From assembly GCA_013239625.1 (NCBI GenBank), contig MU053164.1, forward strand, positions 76,779 to 96,171: a stretch of 19,393 bases of DNA, written 5' to 3'. The notes beneath the pieces are model-generated. The model had not been told where the DNA came from. It made no database searches and worked only from the letters and a program-made list of their open reading frames with translations. Made by a program: the position numbers and the translations under genes. This DNA is from Lama guanicoe. Taxonomy: Eukaryota. Numbering within the stretch: the stretch's first letter is position 1; every line of letters starts with the position of its first letter. This document shows positions 10,431-19,393 of the stretch, piece by piece.

Positions 10431-10617
10431 GAGATCTATGTATTCTAAGAGATTCACTTCTCTAGGATTTTTTATACTGTATTGTAAAGGTAATTTCACC
10501 CACCTGTTATCTTAGTCTATCGTGTACGTATCTGTCTCCACACCTGTAAGTGGGAATAACACTATGTACCTTCAAAACCTGGCAAAAAATGGGTGCTCAG
10601 TTCATGTCACTGTACAT

Positions 10618-10747
10618 TTCTGTCTCCACCATCAGATTGGTGCTCTCCCAGGGCAGGGACTGAATCTTAACTTGTGTAGCAACCAGGGCCCAGCTCTGTG
10701 CCAGCAAGGAGAGGTTTTTCAATACAGTTTGTTGACTGAGTAAATGA
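10618..10747 (+). mobile_element. L2 LINE 3' end
   Basis: tgtctccacca...cagggcagggactg...tcaatacagtttgttgactgagtaaatga, the L2 terminal motif. Confidence 0.7.
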
Positions 10748-10839
10748 CAGCGCCTCCCAGACGCAATCTCCAGGCTGCAATTCAAGGATCTGAGGGAGGG
10801 AACGAGGGGCTGAGGCAGTGAAGCGGGAGAAAGCACTTC

Positions 10840-11440
10840 CCTGCGGGGGGCCAGCAGGGTCCGGTGGTGGGGGAGAGCCTCCTCCCCCAGGCCTCTGGCG
10901 CGGGACCTCGGGAGTGGGGATGCGGGTAGGTGGGACCCGGCCAGGAGGCGGTAGCTTTTCCTCCTGAGCACTCGCTGCCCTGGTGGGCCGTGCGGAGCTG
11001 GCCAGCTGCTTTCTGTCCCTCTGCCACTCCCTTTATCCCCCCAAACGCTCTGCCCAGAGGAGGAGCAGATGGAGCAGCAGGAGGAGCAGGCCGAGCCGGA
11101 GAAGGAGGTCGCTAGCGTCGCGCCCGCGCGGCCGCCCGAGCCTCCCTTGGGCTCCCACTGCCCTGGTTCGGCCCGGCCGGACCCGGCCTCGCCGGCGCCG
11201 GCAGCCGGACGGGGGCGCCGCGGCCCCTCGCCGCCCGGGCGCTCGGCCACCCGGCTGCCGCGGCCGCCGCCCCTTCTGCCCGCAGAGCGGCCGCAGCCAG
11301 GCTGGGCAGCCCCGGGGCGCCCCGCCGCGGGCATCGCCCTCCCCGGGCAAACAGCCCTTCTCAGCCAGGGGTTCGCCACGCCCCCACGGAGCACTTCCAG
11401 GCTCGCAATTAGGGTCTAGTCCACCCCTCCGTTTACGCAC
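10840..11440. promoter_or_regulatory. CpG island 1 (promoter/enhancer-like, gene not identified)
   Basis: Very dense CpG and high GC, especially 11090-11400 (gcgtcgcgcccgcgcggccgcccg, cgccggcgccgg), in an otherwise CpG-depleted background. Confidence 0.85.
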
Positions 11441-11689
11441 TAGGGCAGAAGGGGAAGCAACTGGTCAAAGTGGCGTGGTGGACTAGGGACAGAGTCAGCC
11501 CTAGGCTCTAACCCCAAACCCCGGTCCTCCCTTGCCTCTGCCCTGTGTCCAACACAGGCATTTCACTCAATTATGCCTCCCAAGTCCCTCTGGACTCCCC
11601 AGGCTCCCCTGGCTCTGCATGCTCTGAGTCAAAGACAGGTCCTGTGTACCACTGGGGCTGGAAGCCCCCATCATAGGCCTCCTGCCTTC

Positions 11690-12255
11690 CCTCTTGTCCC
11701 CCTAACATCCCATCCCCCATCCAGCAGCCAAAGTGATCTCTTAGAACATGAATCTGACCACCACAATGCCCTGTTTAAAAGTGACATCTTTCAGCACACT
11801 GGGAACACAGGTGAGAGCCAGGCCCACAGCCCCAGGCCCCTGCCTTTACTCCTCTCCTCCCACTAAGCTCAGCCTCTGGTCTGAGCTCCAACCTGCCAAG
11901 TTCATTTCCACCCCAGAGTCTTTGCACTTGCTGTTCCCTCTTCCCCAAACACTTTTTCCCTAGGGGTTCTTAACCAGCGGGTCCATAGGATGAGGTGGAT
12001 TTCCATTTCACTGAATTTAATTTATTTTCCTATGAAACACTTTGCATATTATTTTATGCATCATCTAGGGAAGGCGTCCTGAGGCTTTGCCACACTGTCC
12101 CAGCACCTGTGCCACAGAAGAGGTAGGATTCCCCCGACCTTTGCGTGTCTGGCTCTTCCTTGTCCTTCAGGTCCCAGCTCAATTTCACCTCCTAAGGGAG
12201 GTCTTCCTTGGCCATGCCAGCTACAGGTTCCCCCTTCCTCATCAGGTCATTGCTT
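11690..12255 (+). mobile_element. L2 LINE fragment interrupted by a DNA transposon
   Basis: cagcagccaaagtgatctcttagaacatgaatctgacca...ctttgcacttgctgttccctct, resuming at ctggctcttccttgtccttcaggtcccagctcaatttcacctcct. Confidence 0.8.
11961..12135. mobile_element. hAT-Charlie-type non-autonomous DNA transposon (subfamily uncertain)
   Basis: Starts taggggttcttaacc and ends gaggtaggattcccccg (degenerate TIRs). Splits the L2. Confidence 0.6.
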
Positions 12256-12259
12256 AGTA

Positions 12260-12450
12260 CAGTGGTTCTCAAAGCATGGTTCCTGGACTTGCAGCATCGG
12301 CATCACTCAGGAATTTGTTCAAAATGCATGTTCTTAGGACCCATCACAGACCTACTGAGTCAGAAACTCTGGGGATGGGGCCTGGCACTCTGTTTTAACA
12401 ATCCATCCAAGGTGGTCTGGATATTGGATTCTCAAGTGTGGACACCACTG
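12260..12450 (+). mobile_element. MER5A hAT-Charlie DNA transposon, near full length
   Basis: cagtggttctcaaag...gcagcatcggcatcac...cagacctactgagtcagaaactctgggg...tgttttaacaa...accactg, with TIRs cagtgg/ccactg. Confidence 0.9.
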
Positions 12451-13444
12451 GCCCAGCCTGTTATCCCTGTGCCCGCACAGTCTTCATCATCCAGCCAAGG
12501 AAAGTTGGAACCTGGGGGCCTGAAAAGAGAAAGGCCAATGCAGCCAAAGGTGGAAGGGGAGCTGGCTGAGTAATAAGGTGGAACTGCATTAGACCTGTAG
12601 CCCACAGAGGGTCAAGCCGTCTTGAGGAAGGGGCACAGTTTGATTTCAGCTGGAGTAAGGCTTGGGGAGTCTGGTTTCTGTGTCCTGTTGGCTGGCCCAG
12701 GTCAGCATCAAGCTGGAGAGGAGAAGAGGTCCACATTCCTGTGTCTTGCACATGACAGGAGAAGAGTTTGCACTCCCTTGGGCACTCATCCCTCTGCCCT
12801 GCTCTGAACATTAATCAGTGTCCCTGAAGTCCCATTTGGAACCAGCCACAGTCACTCCCAACTGATAACACTCTGGTCTCCTGGCCTCTGCCCCATTGGC
12901 CACAGGAGTTCCAGGGCAGTCCCAGGGCCCTCCCATCCTGAGCTGTTTCCTGTGTGTTTTCCACGAGGGCCAGATGCTTCTGCAGCCTGAATCTGAGCCT
13001 GTTCTTCAGACTAGAGAGCTGGTCTCTCTTTGCCAGTCGCTGGGAACTGCCTGTTGCTTCCAATAGACCCACTAGGTGCAGCCTGCAGCCTCTGGCTTTG
13101 ATGTTGTAAAGGGGGACTTACGGCCCTGTTCCTCTTGGCCCCTGGTCCCTGGCCTCTGTGCAGTTCCCAGGCCCTCAGGGGAAACCAGACACTTTTAATT
13201 GACTTCCCCAATCTGATGATAGAGTATCAGCTATCAATAGACCGCAGGCAAGCCACTTTCATCCATGATTTCAGACAGCAGCAGAAGCCCAGGCTGCCAC
13301 CACAGTCCTGCCACGCCATCTCGGGGGATGAGCTCACCCCTATCTGCTGGCACAGCGGCATTTGCTATGGCCAGGCCGTCTGATTCAGGACCGCCCAGGG
13401 AAGGGTCTAGGAAGCGGGGGTGTAAGTGATTACAGCAGCCTGCT

Positions 13445-13590
13445 GGAGGCCAGCCTGGAGTCAGGGGACCTGGGCATTCTCCCAGCTCAGCCTCTTCCTA
13501 GCTGAGGACATCAGGCAGATGACTCGTCCAATCTATGCCTCAATTTCCCTGCCTGCCAAGACGTAGGTGACAGTGCTGGCTCTAGAATTC
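13445..13590 (+). mobile_element. MIR SINE fragment
   Basis: gcctggagtcaggggacctggg...cccagctc...ctagctg...tgcctcaatttccct. Confidence 0.65.
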
Positions 13591-14019
13591 TACAGTGAAG
13601 CCCGAGTGTTTACTTCTACCCTGTCTTAATTGGAGTCTTGAGCCTTGCTAGCTGCCACCATGATAAGAATCACCAGCTTGGTAACATTCAGGGGCCCAGG
13701 GTATGGTTCCAGCTTCCCCACTTGCATGACCTTCCTGAACTTTGGCCAACACTCTGGGGACAGGACTGGAGAGGACTTCTCCCAGGTGTTCAGGGCACCT
13801 CACAGGCATACGCCTGCACGCCAGGTCCAGTGTGAGCAAGCGCAGATTGAGGAGACTGCGAAGTAGCCAGGATGCTGCGGGCACTTGTCCTGCCAGCCCC
13901 CGCCAGACCGCTGCACTGGGTCTTTCACTCAGCACTGCCCTGTCTGGGCTGCACGCCGCCCCTCCCCCACCAGCCTGTGAGTTTGGAGGCAGGAAGCGGA
14001 TCCCATCACCTCTGTGTCT

Positions 14020-14097
14020 GTAGGACCTAGTGGGAGCTTAATGAACAGTCATGGAACAAATGAATGGATGGGTGGGTGGATGGGTGGATGAATGAAA
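14020..14097 (+). mobile_element. L2 3' tail with (GGAT/GGGT)n simple repeat
   Basis: acctagtgggagcttaatgaa...aatgaatggatgggtgggtggatgggtggatgaatgaa. Confidence 0.55.
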
Positions 14098-16534
14098 GAA
14101 GGCAACTCATGAGAGGCAGGCTTGCCTGATATCCTGTGTGCATGTGCATGTCATTGCTCAGTGGGGGAGAAGACAGGATTAGTCACAGCCAGCTAGGAGG
14201 GGACTTGATGGCTCTGTGTGGAAGCCTTCCCCCTCAGTCATGGTCTGCAGACTCAAGAACAGGGAGAAGATTTCCTCTATGAGAAAAACCACAGACTCAT
14301 GGGATGTTGGCTCCAAGCGATAACCTCAGGTCACTTGATCCGCAGCCCTCCAGTGGGGAAGCAGAAAGCCCCGACAGGTTCGGTTCCTGCCTGCGCACTG
14401 CGCTCATCATGGGAACTGCTGTTTTTTCCATGAAAAATGAGCCAAGGGGCAGGGGAGAAGGGGCACAGGGAAGAGTCAGTATTAAAAAGACAACTGTTAT
14501 TACAGAGAAAGCCTGTGCCTTCCTAGGGGACTGACCAGCCAGGGCAGGGGGCTCACAAAGCAAAGGGGGCTTGACAAGCTCCAGGGGTGCCAGTTCGCCT
14601 GGGCTGGATCATAGACATTATGTAACAAGTCAGAGGCTCCACGAAACACCGAAAATGGCCTGGCGTTCATTCTGGAACGTGGTTTCTTGCTATTTCCTTA
14701 TTATAGAGGGACATTTTGCTGAGCATAGGGTTTTCTGCAGTTTCCATTCAATTGCTATTAAAGAGAAGCAGGAGACAAAATATAAAATCCTTCCCTGAGG
14801 TTGCCAGAATTCTTCCAGTTTTGAAGAAGGGAGGGCTTAAGCTCGATCCCATGGCCCCTAGAGGCCTGATGCACCTGAGACAGTGGGAGCTGATCCCAAG
14901 GTGAGATCTGCTGCTCAGACGGGCTGCCCCACTAGGGCCTGGCGGGGATCGGGGTGCTGAGCCCTTCTGCTGTGGCTGCGGCAGCCGTCTGGGCTTGCAC
15001 AGCTCCAAGAGGAGGGACAGTGAGAGGACAGGCAGAGCAGCGCAGGAGCCTTAGAGGCCTGGAGGAAGGAGCTCCAAGTAGAAGGTTTAAGTCAGCTTTG
15101 GAGAGGTTGATACAGGCCCTGACAAAGTTCATCATTGAAATTCTCCTCTCTGTCTTAATGCCTTGTCTCCAGAAAGCCCCGCTTAGGGAAGAAGGACAGA
15201 TGCCTTTAATGCATCCCTCTGGGGTGAGCACCTTGGGAAGCAAAGAATCCCTGACAGGGGTGGAGGGTAGGTCAGAGAAGTTCTAGACCACAGGGCCTCC
15301 ATAGGAGGGCAAGCCTGGGGGACATCAGTTCTCAGGGTCCCAGGAGAAGTGAGGGACGGATGCCAAGGGCCTGCCTGGACCTCAGCCTAAGGACGGGAGC
15401 AGAAAGACCTCACGGGAATACGCGCACACTCTGGGTCCAGAGTGAGTGTAGGGTGTTCTCACATCTGCCCCTTCCAAGCCCATCCTCGGGCCACCAGGCC
15501 CCTCCCCTGCATGTGTGGGAGGCAGCACAGACCGTGTGATGATCAAGAGTCAACCCCTGCCATCAAGGTCAGCGCTGCCCCTGGTAACCTGTGTGACTTC
15601 TCTCTGCCTCTGTCAGTGCATCTGTGAAATGGAAACAACACGGGCACCTCCAAGCCTGGGCTGATGTGAGAACTGAGACAAAGCAGCAAAGCGAGCAACA
15701 CCCATGTCCAGGCCCGGGCCCATGTCCAGGGCTCGATAAATGTGAGCCAGTAGGATGCTAACCAGCACTTCTGGGGCTGAATGAGGACAAGCATGGCCCA
15801 TTGAGCTGACATCTCTGGAGCTGCTTCATCTGCCAGCAGCGTGTCAGGCACAGCATGCGGGTGAGGCAGGGCACTGCGGGGTGAGTGAGAAAAGAGCCGT
15901 GCCTCTCAGGGTTTACTGCAAAGAATGGGCCTCATGGAAGGACAGCTGTGCTAACAGAGGCAGGAGGTGGAGTTCAGGGAATGCTGCCTAGAATGGGCGC
16001 TGGTGTCTCAGGGGGACTTGGTTCAGCGACCACAGGAAGCAGGGTCATGACAGCCAGCATCATCCCAGGCCACGTGCAGGACCCCATGGAGACGAGCAGC
16101 CCCAGCTCTGTCAACCCCTGGTCCTTGCAAGGGCTGCTGAGATTCAGTTGCCACATGGATGAATCTCAGGGACTCTGGTTGATGGGAGGAACTGGTTCCA
16201 ATGTCCTCGTTCTCTTCTGGGTGACTCCTCTGAAGCTTTGTGTGAGATCCCAAACCCCTGTGCTCCGCAAGTGCCTCATCTTTAAGCTTCTACACACTTC
16301 ACATCATAGTCACTGGGCACTGAGTTTTGGTGCCCCCACCGGCCTGAGTTCCCTGACAGCAGGGATTCTGTTGTCCACGAGCCCAGCTTAGCCTCTTGGT
16401 GCACCAGCTCAGTAAGGGCACCCACCCAAGAATTTTTTGAAAAAAGTTGGAATTTTGATATTTCTTTAAAAAACATCCGAGTCAGAGGTGGAACACCTTC
16501 CTCTGTGTGGCAGTGCAGGGCGAGGGCAAGTTCA

Positions 16535-16680
16535 GCAGCTCCGGACCAAGTTGATTCGAGCTTGAAACCCATTTCCACCACTGATCAGCTGTGTGACCTT
16601 GGGCAAGTCATGTGACCTTGGGCACCTCGAATGACCTCTGCAAGCCTTGATTCCTCCTCTCTAATGTGGGAATAATAATG
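16535..16680 (+). mobile_element. MIR SINE
   Basis: ccaccactgatcagctgtgtgaccttgggcaagtca...gggaataataat. Confidence 0.8.
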
Positions 16681-16872
16681 ATTATTCGCCAAGACCCAGG
16701 CACTGTTCTGACTGCTCTGCAAACATCACCTCACTTCATCCTTGCCAGAACCCTATGAGTTGGTTCTTTTGTTACCCTCTTTTACAGGTGAGGAAACTGA
16801 GGCACAGAGAGATAAGAAGCTTCCTTGGTGGGGCCAGGATTTCAATTTTCATCCAGCTGACCCCAGAGCTCC
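16681..16872 (-). mobile_element. MIR SINE
   Basis: ccaggcactgttct...aaccctatgag...ttttacaggtgaggaaactgaggcacagagag...gccaggatttcaa. Confidence 0.85.
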
Positions 16873-17321
16873 CCCATCCCTCCCTGTAGTGCCACCCAGA
16901 AGGGGTGCATAACACACACACCCCGGGCTCAGAGCCTGACACCTGGCGCTGCCCCTGCCGTCCTCAGTTCCCTCCCTGTGAGCGGCTGGAGGGAAGAGTG
17001 GCAGTCTGGGCCCAGGGGCCATTTGGCTCTTGTTTGCACTTTAGAAGTTCTTCCTGCCCAGGCAGAGAGCAACCACCATGGGCCCCACTTTGCAGCCGGC
17101 CTGGGTTTCACGTTCTGTGCCTCCTGCGGCCCCTTCTCCCCTACCCCAACCCACCCCACACACCCCCTGCAAAAAAAAAAAAATCCAGCCTCTGCTACTT
17201 GGTAGCATCAAAATAATTAAATTTTAAACATCTGTATTTGGTGCAAGCTCAGCCCTCTAAGAGGGACCTGGCTAAACCGAGTTCCAGAAAGAAAAAAATT
17301 AAAAAACCTAAGAGTAGGCTA

Positions 17322-17415
17322 TTTGTTTTAACATTTTTTATTGATTTATAGTCATTTTACAATGTTGTGTCAAATTCCAGTGTTCAGCACAATTTTTCAG
17401 TCATTCATGGACATA
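17322..17415 (-). mobile_element. Young, heavily 5'-truncated L1 3' end, camelid-type
   Basis: ttttttattgatttatagtcattttacaatgttgtgtcaaattccagtgttcagcacaatttttcagtcattcatggacata: T-rich tail, antisense polyadenylation-signal region and Laurasiatherian L1 3' motif ttacaatgttgtgt. Camelid assignment from memory. Confidence 0.75.
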
Positions 17416-17539
17416 ATGAACAGACTCAGAGACTAAAATAGCTGGGGGTGGGCGAGGGGGTGATTTGGGGCCAACGGGGTAGTAGAGCCACTCTGCAGAG
17501 AGAATCCCAGGGGGGCCGTGGGGACAGTCAGGGATAAGC

Positions 17540-18180
17540 CCATCCGTGCTTCGTCCAGGGTGCGGGTCTTTCAGTGGAGCCCTGGGCGCCTCTGCGTGAA
17601 CGTGGGGCGAGGCGGGCCCGGTCCCCGGCGGCGGCTCTGCGGTGCATCTGCCCGCGCAGCCACGGCCGGCCGGACGGCGGGCGGCCCCCGCGCTCGTGCT
17701 CGCTCCGCCGCTCTCCTTAAACAGACTCCAGAAGCAACGCTCACCCTGGGAGTGGGGCTGGCGCAGGAGTGGGCGGAGCCCAGGCTGTGGCCCAGGACTT
17801 CCCAGGGCCCCCCCACAAGGACCGCCCTCCTGGGCCCCCTCTGCAGGGCTCAGAGCGGCTGCGGTGGGACCCGAGATAAGCCTGGGCCCCTCGGTCCCTC
17901 GCTTCCCTGCCCTGAAGGGACTCGCTTTGCTCCTTGCCCCCTGACTCAGCGCACTTTCCGCTGCAGGGACGCAGAGCCCGCCGCAGAAGGTCGTGAGAGC
18001 TCAGCCCTGGCAGCCAGGGGACAGGCGAGTGTCAGTTTGCTCAGCCTTTTCTCCACCGGCTCAGCCCCCCACGCGCCCGGCTCCCGCTGCGTGCTGGGCA
18101 CCGCCTCCGTAACCACGAGCACAAGAGCTGAATCTACTGGGCGTTTACTGCGCGCCTGGCCCCGTGCTGAGCACCCACGC
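17540..18180. promoter_or_regulatory. CpG island 2 (promoter-like, gene not identified)
   Basis: Dense CpG. GC box GGGCGGAG at 17771-17778. TATA-like TTTAAG on the minus strand at 17716-17721. Donor-like sites at 17744 (-) and 18025 (+). Confidence 0.8.
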
Positions 18181-18355
18181 ACTTCCTCTCTTTAATCCTC
18201 ACAACAGCTCTGAGTGTATTTTCCTTACTTTATGATTCCCATTTTACAGGTGAGAAAACTGAGTCTGGGAGGACAAGTTCCTGCAGTCAGCCAAGAGCAG
18301 GCTGGGACTCCAACCCAGGCGTGTCCGATCTTAAAGCCCGTGCGCTTCACCACTA
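18120..18355 (-). mobile_element. MIR SINE, near full length, CpG-rich
   Basis: tttaatcctcacaacagc...cccattttacaggtgagaaaactgag...gagcaggctgggactccaacccaggc...aaagcccgtgcgcttcaccact. Confidence 0.85.
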
Positions 18356-18436
18356 AGCCCCCCGACTCCGTGGTGCACTAAACACCAAACAGTGGGCCAC
18401 AAAGACCTTAGGAGGGGTGAACTCTGAGTTCAGTAG

Positions 18437-18450
18437 TGTGTGTGTGTGTG
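18437..18450. repeat. (TG)7 microsatellite
   Basis: Read directly. Confidence 0.85.
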
Positions 18451-18619
18451 CAGTCTGCTGGTTTAGGGAACAGGCTTGGCGCTAGAGACTTCAGCAGGTA
18501 TCAGGGCCACACTACTGGTGTTTTCAGCTACTGCCCTTGATAATTTAATCACTCCCCAAATCTAACTGAGAACCTACGTTAGTGATGTCTCACATGTCAC
18601 TGTAGGCTTTTGGGTGTCA

Positions 18620-18770
18620 AACGTCATTTGGTCTCCACGGTGATGTGACCCAGACAAATTCAGTTTTTCAGATGGGGAAACTGAGGCTAAGGAAATTAAG
18701 ATGCTTGCCACCATGCATGTCACTAACTCGATTCCTTGGACTTACAGACTCTCAGGATGGGACAGGCCTC
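18620..18770 (-). mobile_element. MIR SINE fragment
   Basis: cagtttttcagatggggaaactgaggctaaggaaattaagatgcttgcc. Confidence 0.7.
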
Positions 18771-19393
18771 CGAAGAGCGTCTACTGCAGCCATCCGTCCA
18801 GTCTGCGACTCCCCCACCCCGCAACATCCTTCCAAAGCGGCTGCCATACCTTTTGTGTGAACATATTTAATGGAAGAATGCGCATTATCTTCCAAAACAC
18901 ATCATCCGTCCTCAGAAAGATCTCTCAATCGCTGAGAAGTTCCTCCCTATTTTAAGGGTAACTCTGTCTCCAGGTCCTTAAACTCCATCACTCCAGCTCC
19001 CTTTGGGGGCCCTGCAGGGCAGCATCCCTGTCTTCCAGGGGCCAGCCCTTCAAAAAGCCAGAAACGACCCTCCAGTCTCAGCCAGGAGGCCTCGGCCATA
19101 CCATGAAGTTGCTCGTGAAGACCTCTGTCCCGCTGCCCTGCCCCTCTGGGCCTGTCCCTCGTGTCTGTCCTGGCATCAGGCCAACACAAGTCTGCTTTCA
19201 ACACTCAAGGGGGGGGCCCTGTTTGCAGAGAGCTTCTGCCTAGTGGCCCGGCCCCAGGCACATTTGCCCAACCCGGTCTGCAGACGCTCCGGCCCGTGTG
19301 GTCCTTCCCCTTGTGCCAACTTTGCAGCCAGTCTGCTCTCCTCTGCCTCTCCCTCTGCTGCTGAGAGAGGGTTAGGGATGAAGCAGCAGCAAA

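Noticed and set aside
10597..11394. 265-aa minus-strand ORF (longest in the window)
   Set aside because: G/R/A/P-rich product of GC-rich island sequence, its C-terminus runs into an L2 remnant, and it has no recognisable domain
11033..11440. Minus-strand ORF ending in LLLRLGLLLLLLHLLLLW (signal-peptide-like)
   Set aside because: The leucine run is just the antisense of the (SAG)n tract, there is no in-frame ATG, and a stop follows almost immediately
13638..14023. Overlapping ORFs in a mildly CpG-enriched segment as a possible coding exon
   Set aside because: No recognisable protein in any frame and no convincing pair of splice sites
15701..15730. CCCATGTCCAGG twice around the palindrome GGCCCGGGCC, p53/p63-like
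   Set aside because: Each half-site has two mismatches to RRRCWWGYYY with an 8-nt spacer, so it is most likely a small local duplication
17518..18195. 225-aa plus-strand ORF over CpG island 2
   Set aside because: Starts at GTG, has low-complexity GC-driven composition, and ends inside a MIR
1..19393. Prokaryotic-type systems (CRISPR, operons, IS elements), tRNA or rRNA genes
   Set aside because: The sequence is mammalian, and I found no spaced repeat array, cloverleaf or rRNA similarity

Overview
Eutherian mammalian genomic DNA with no protein-coding gene I can recognise. It looks intergenic or intronic, AT-rich on the left and GC-rich right of about 10.7 kb. Much of 2.8-12.5 kb consists of old interspersed repeats (MIR, L2, L1M, MER58A, MER5A, LTR16, MLT1). 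I saw no Alu, B1/B2, Bov-tA/BovB, PRE-1 or Can-SINE. A little-diverged L1 3' end at 17322-17415 resembles, from memory, the camelid L1, so the source is probably a camel, alpaca or llama (inference). Two CpG islands (about 10.84-11.44 kb and 17.54-18.18 kb) look like promoters or enhancers without an identifiable gene. The most unusual structure is a 231-bp insertion (4032-4262) that splits an old L1. It is flanked by a 9-bp target-site duplication (TTAGTGAAT/TTAGTGAGT), has no poly(A) tail, and ends in five telomere-type hexamers (CCCTAA/ACCTAA). Repeat family calls come from remembered consensus sequences and their boundaries are approximate.
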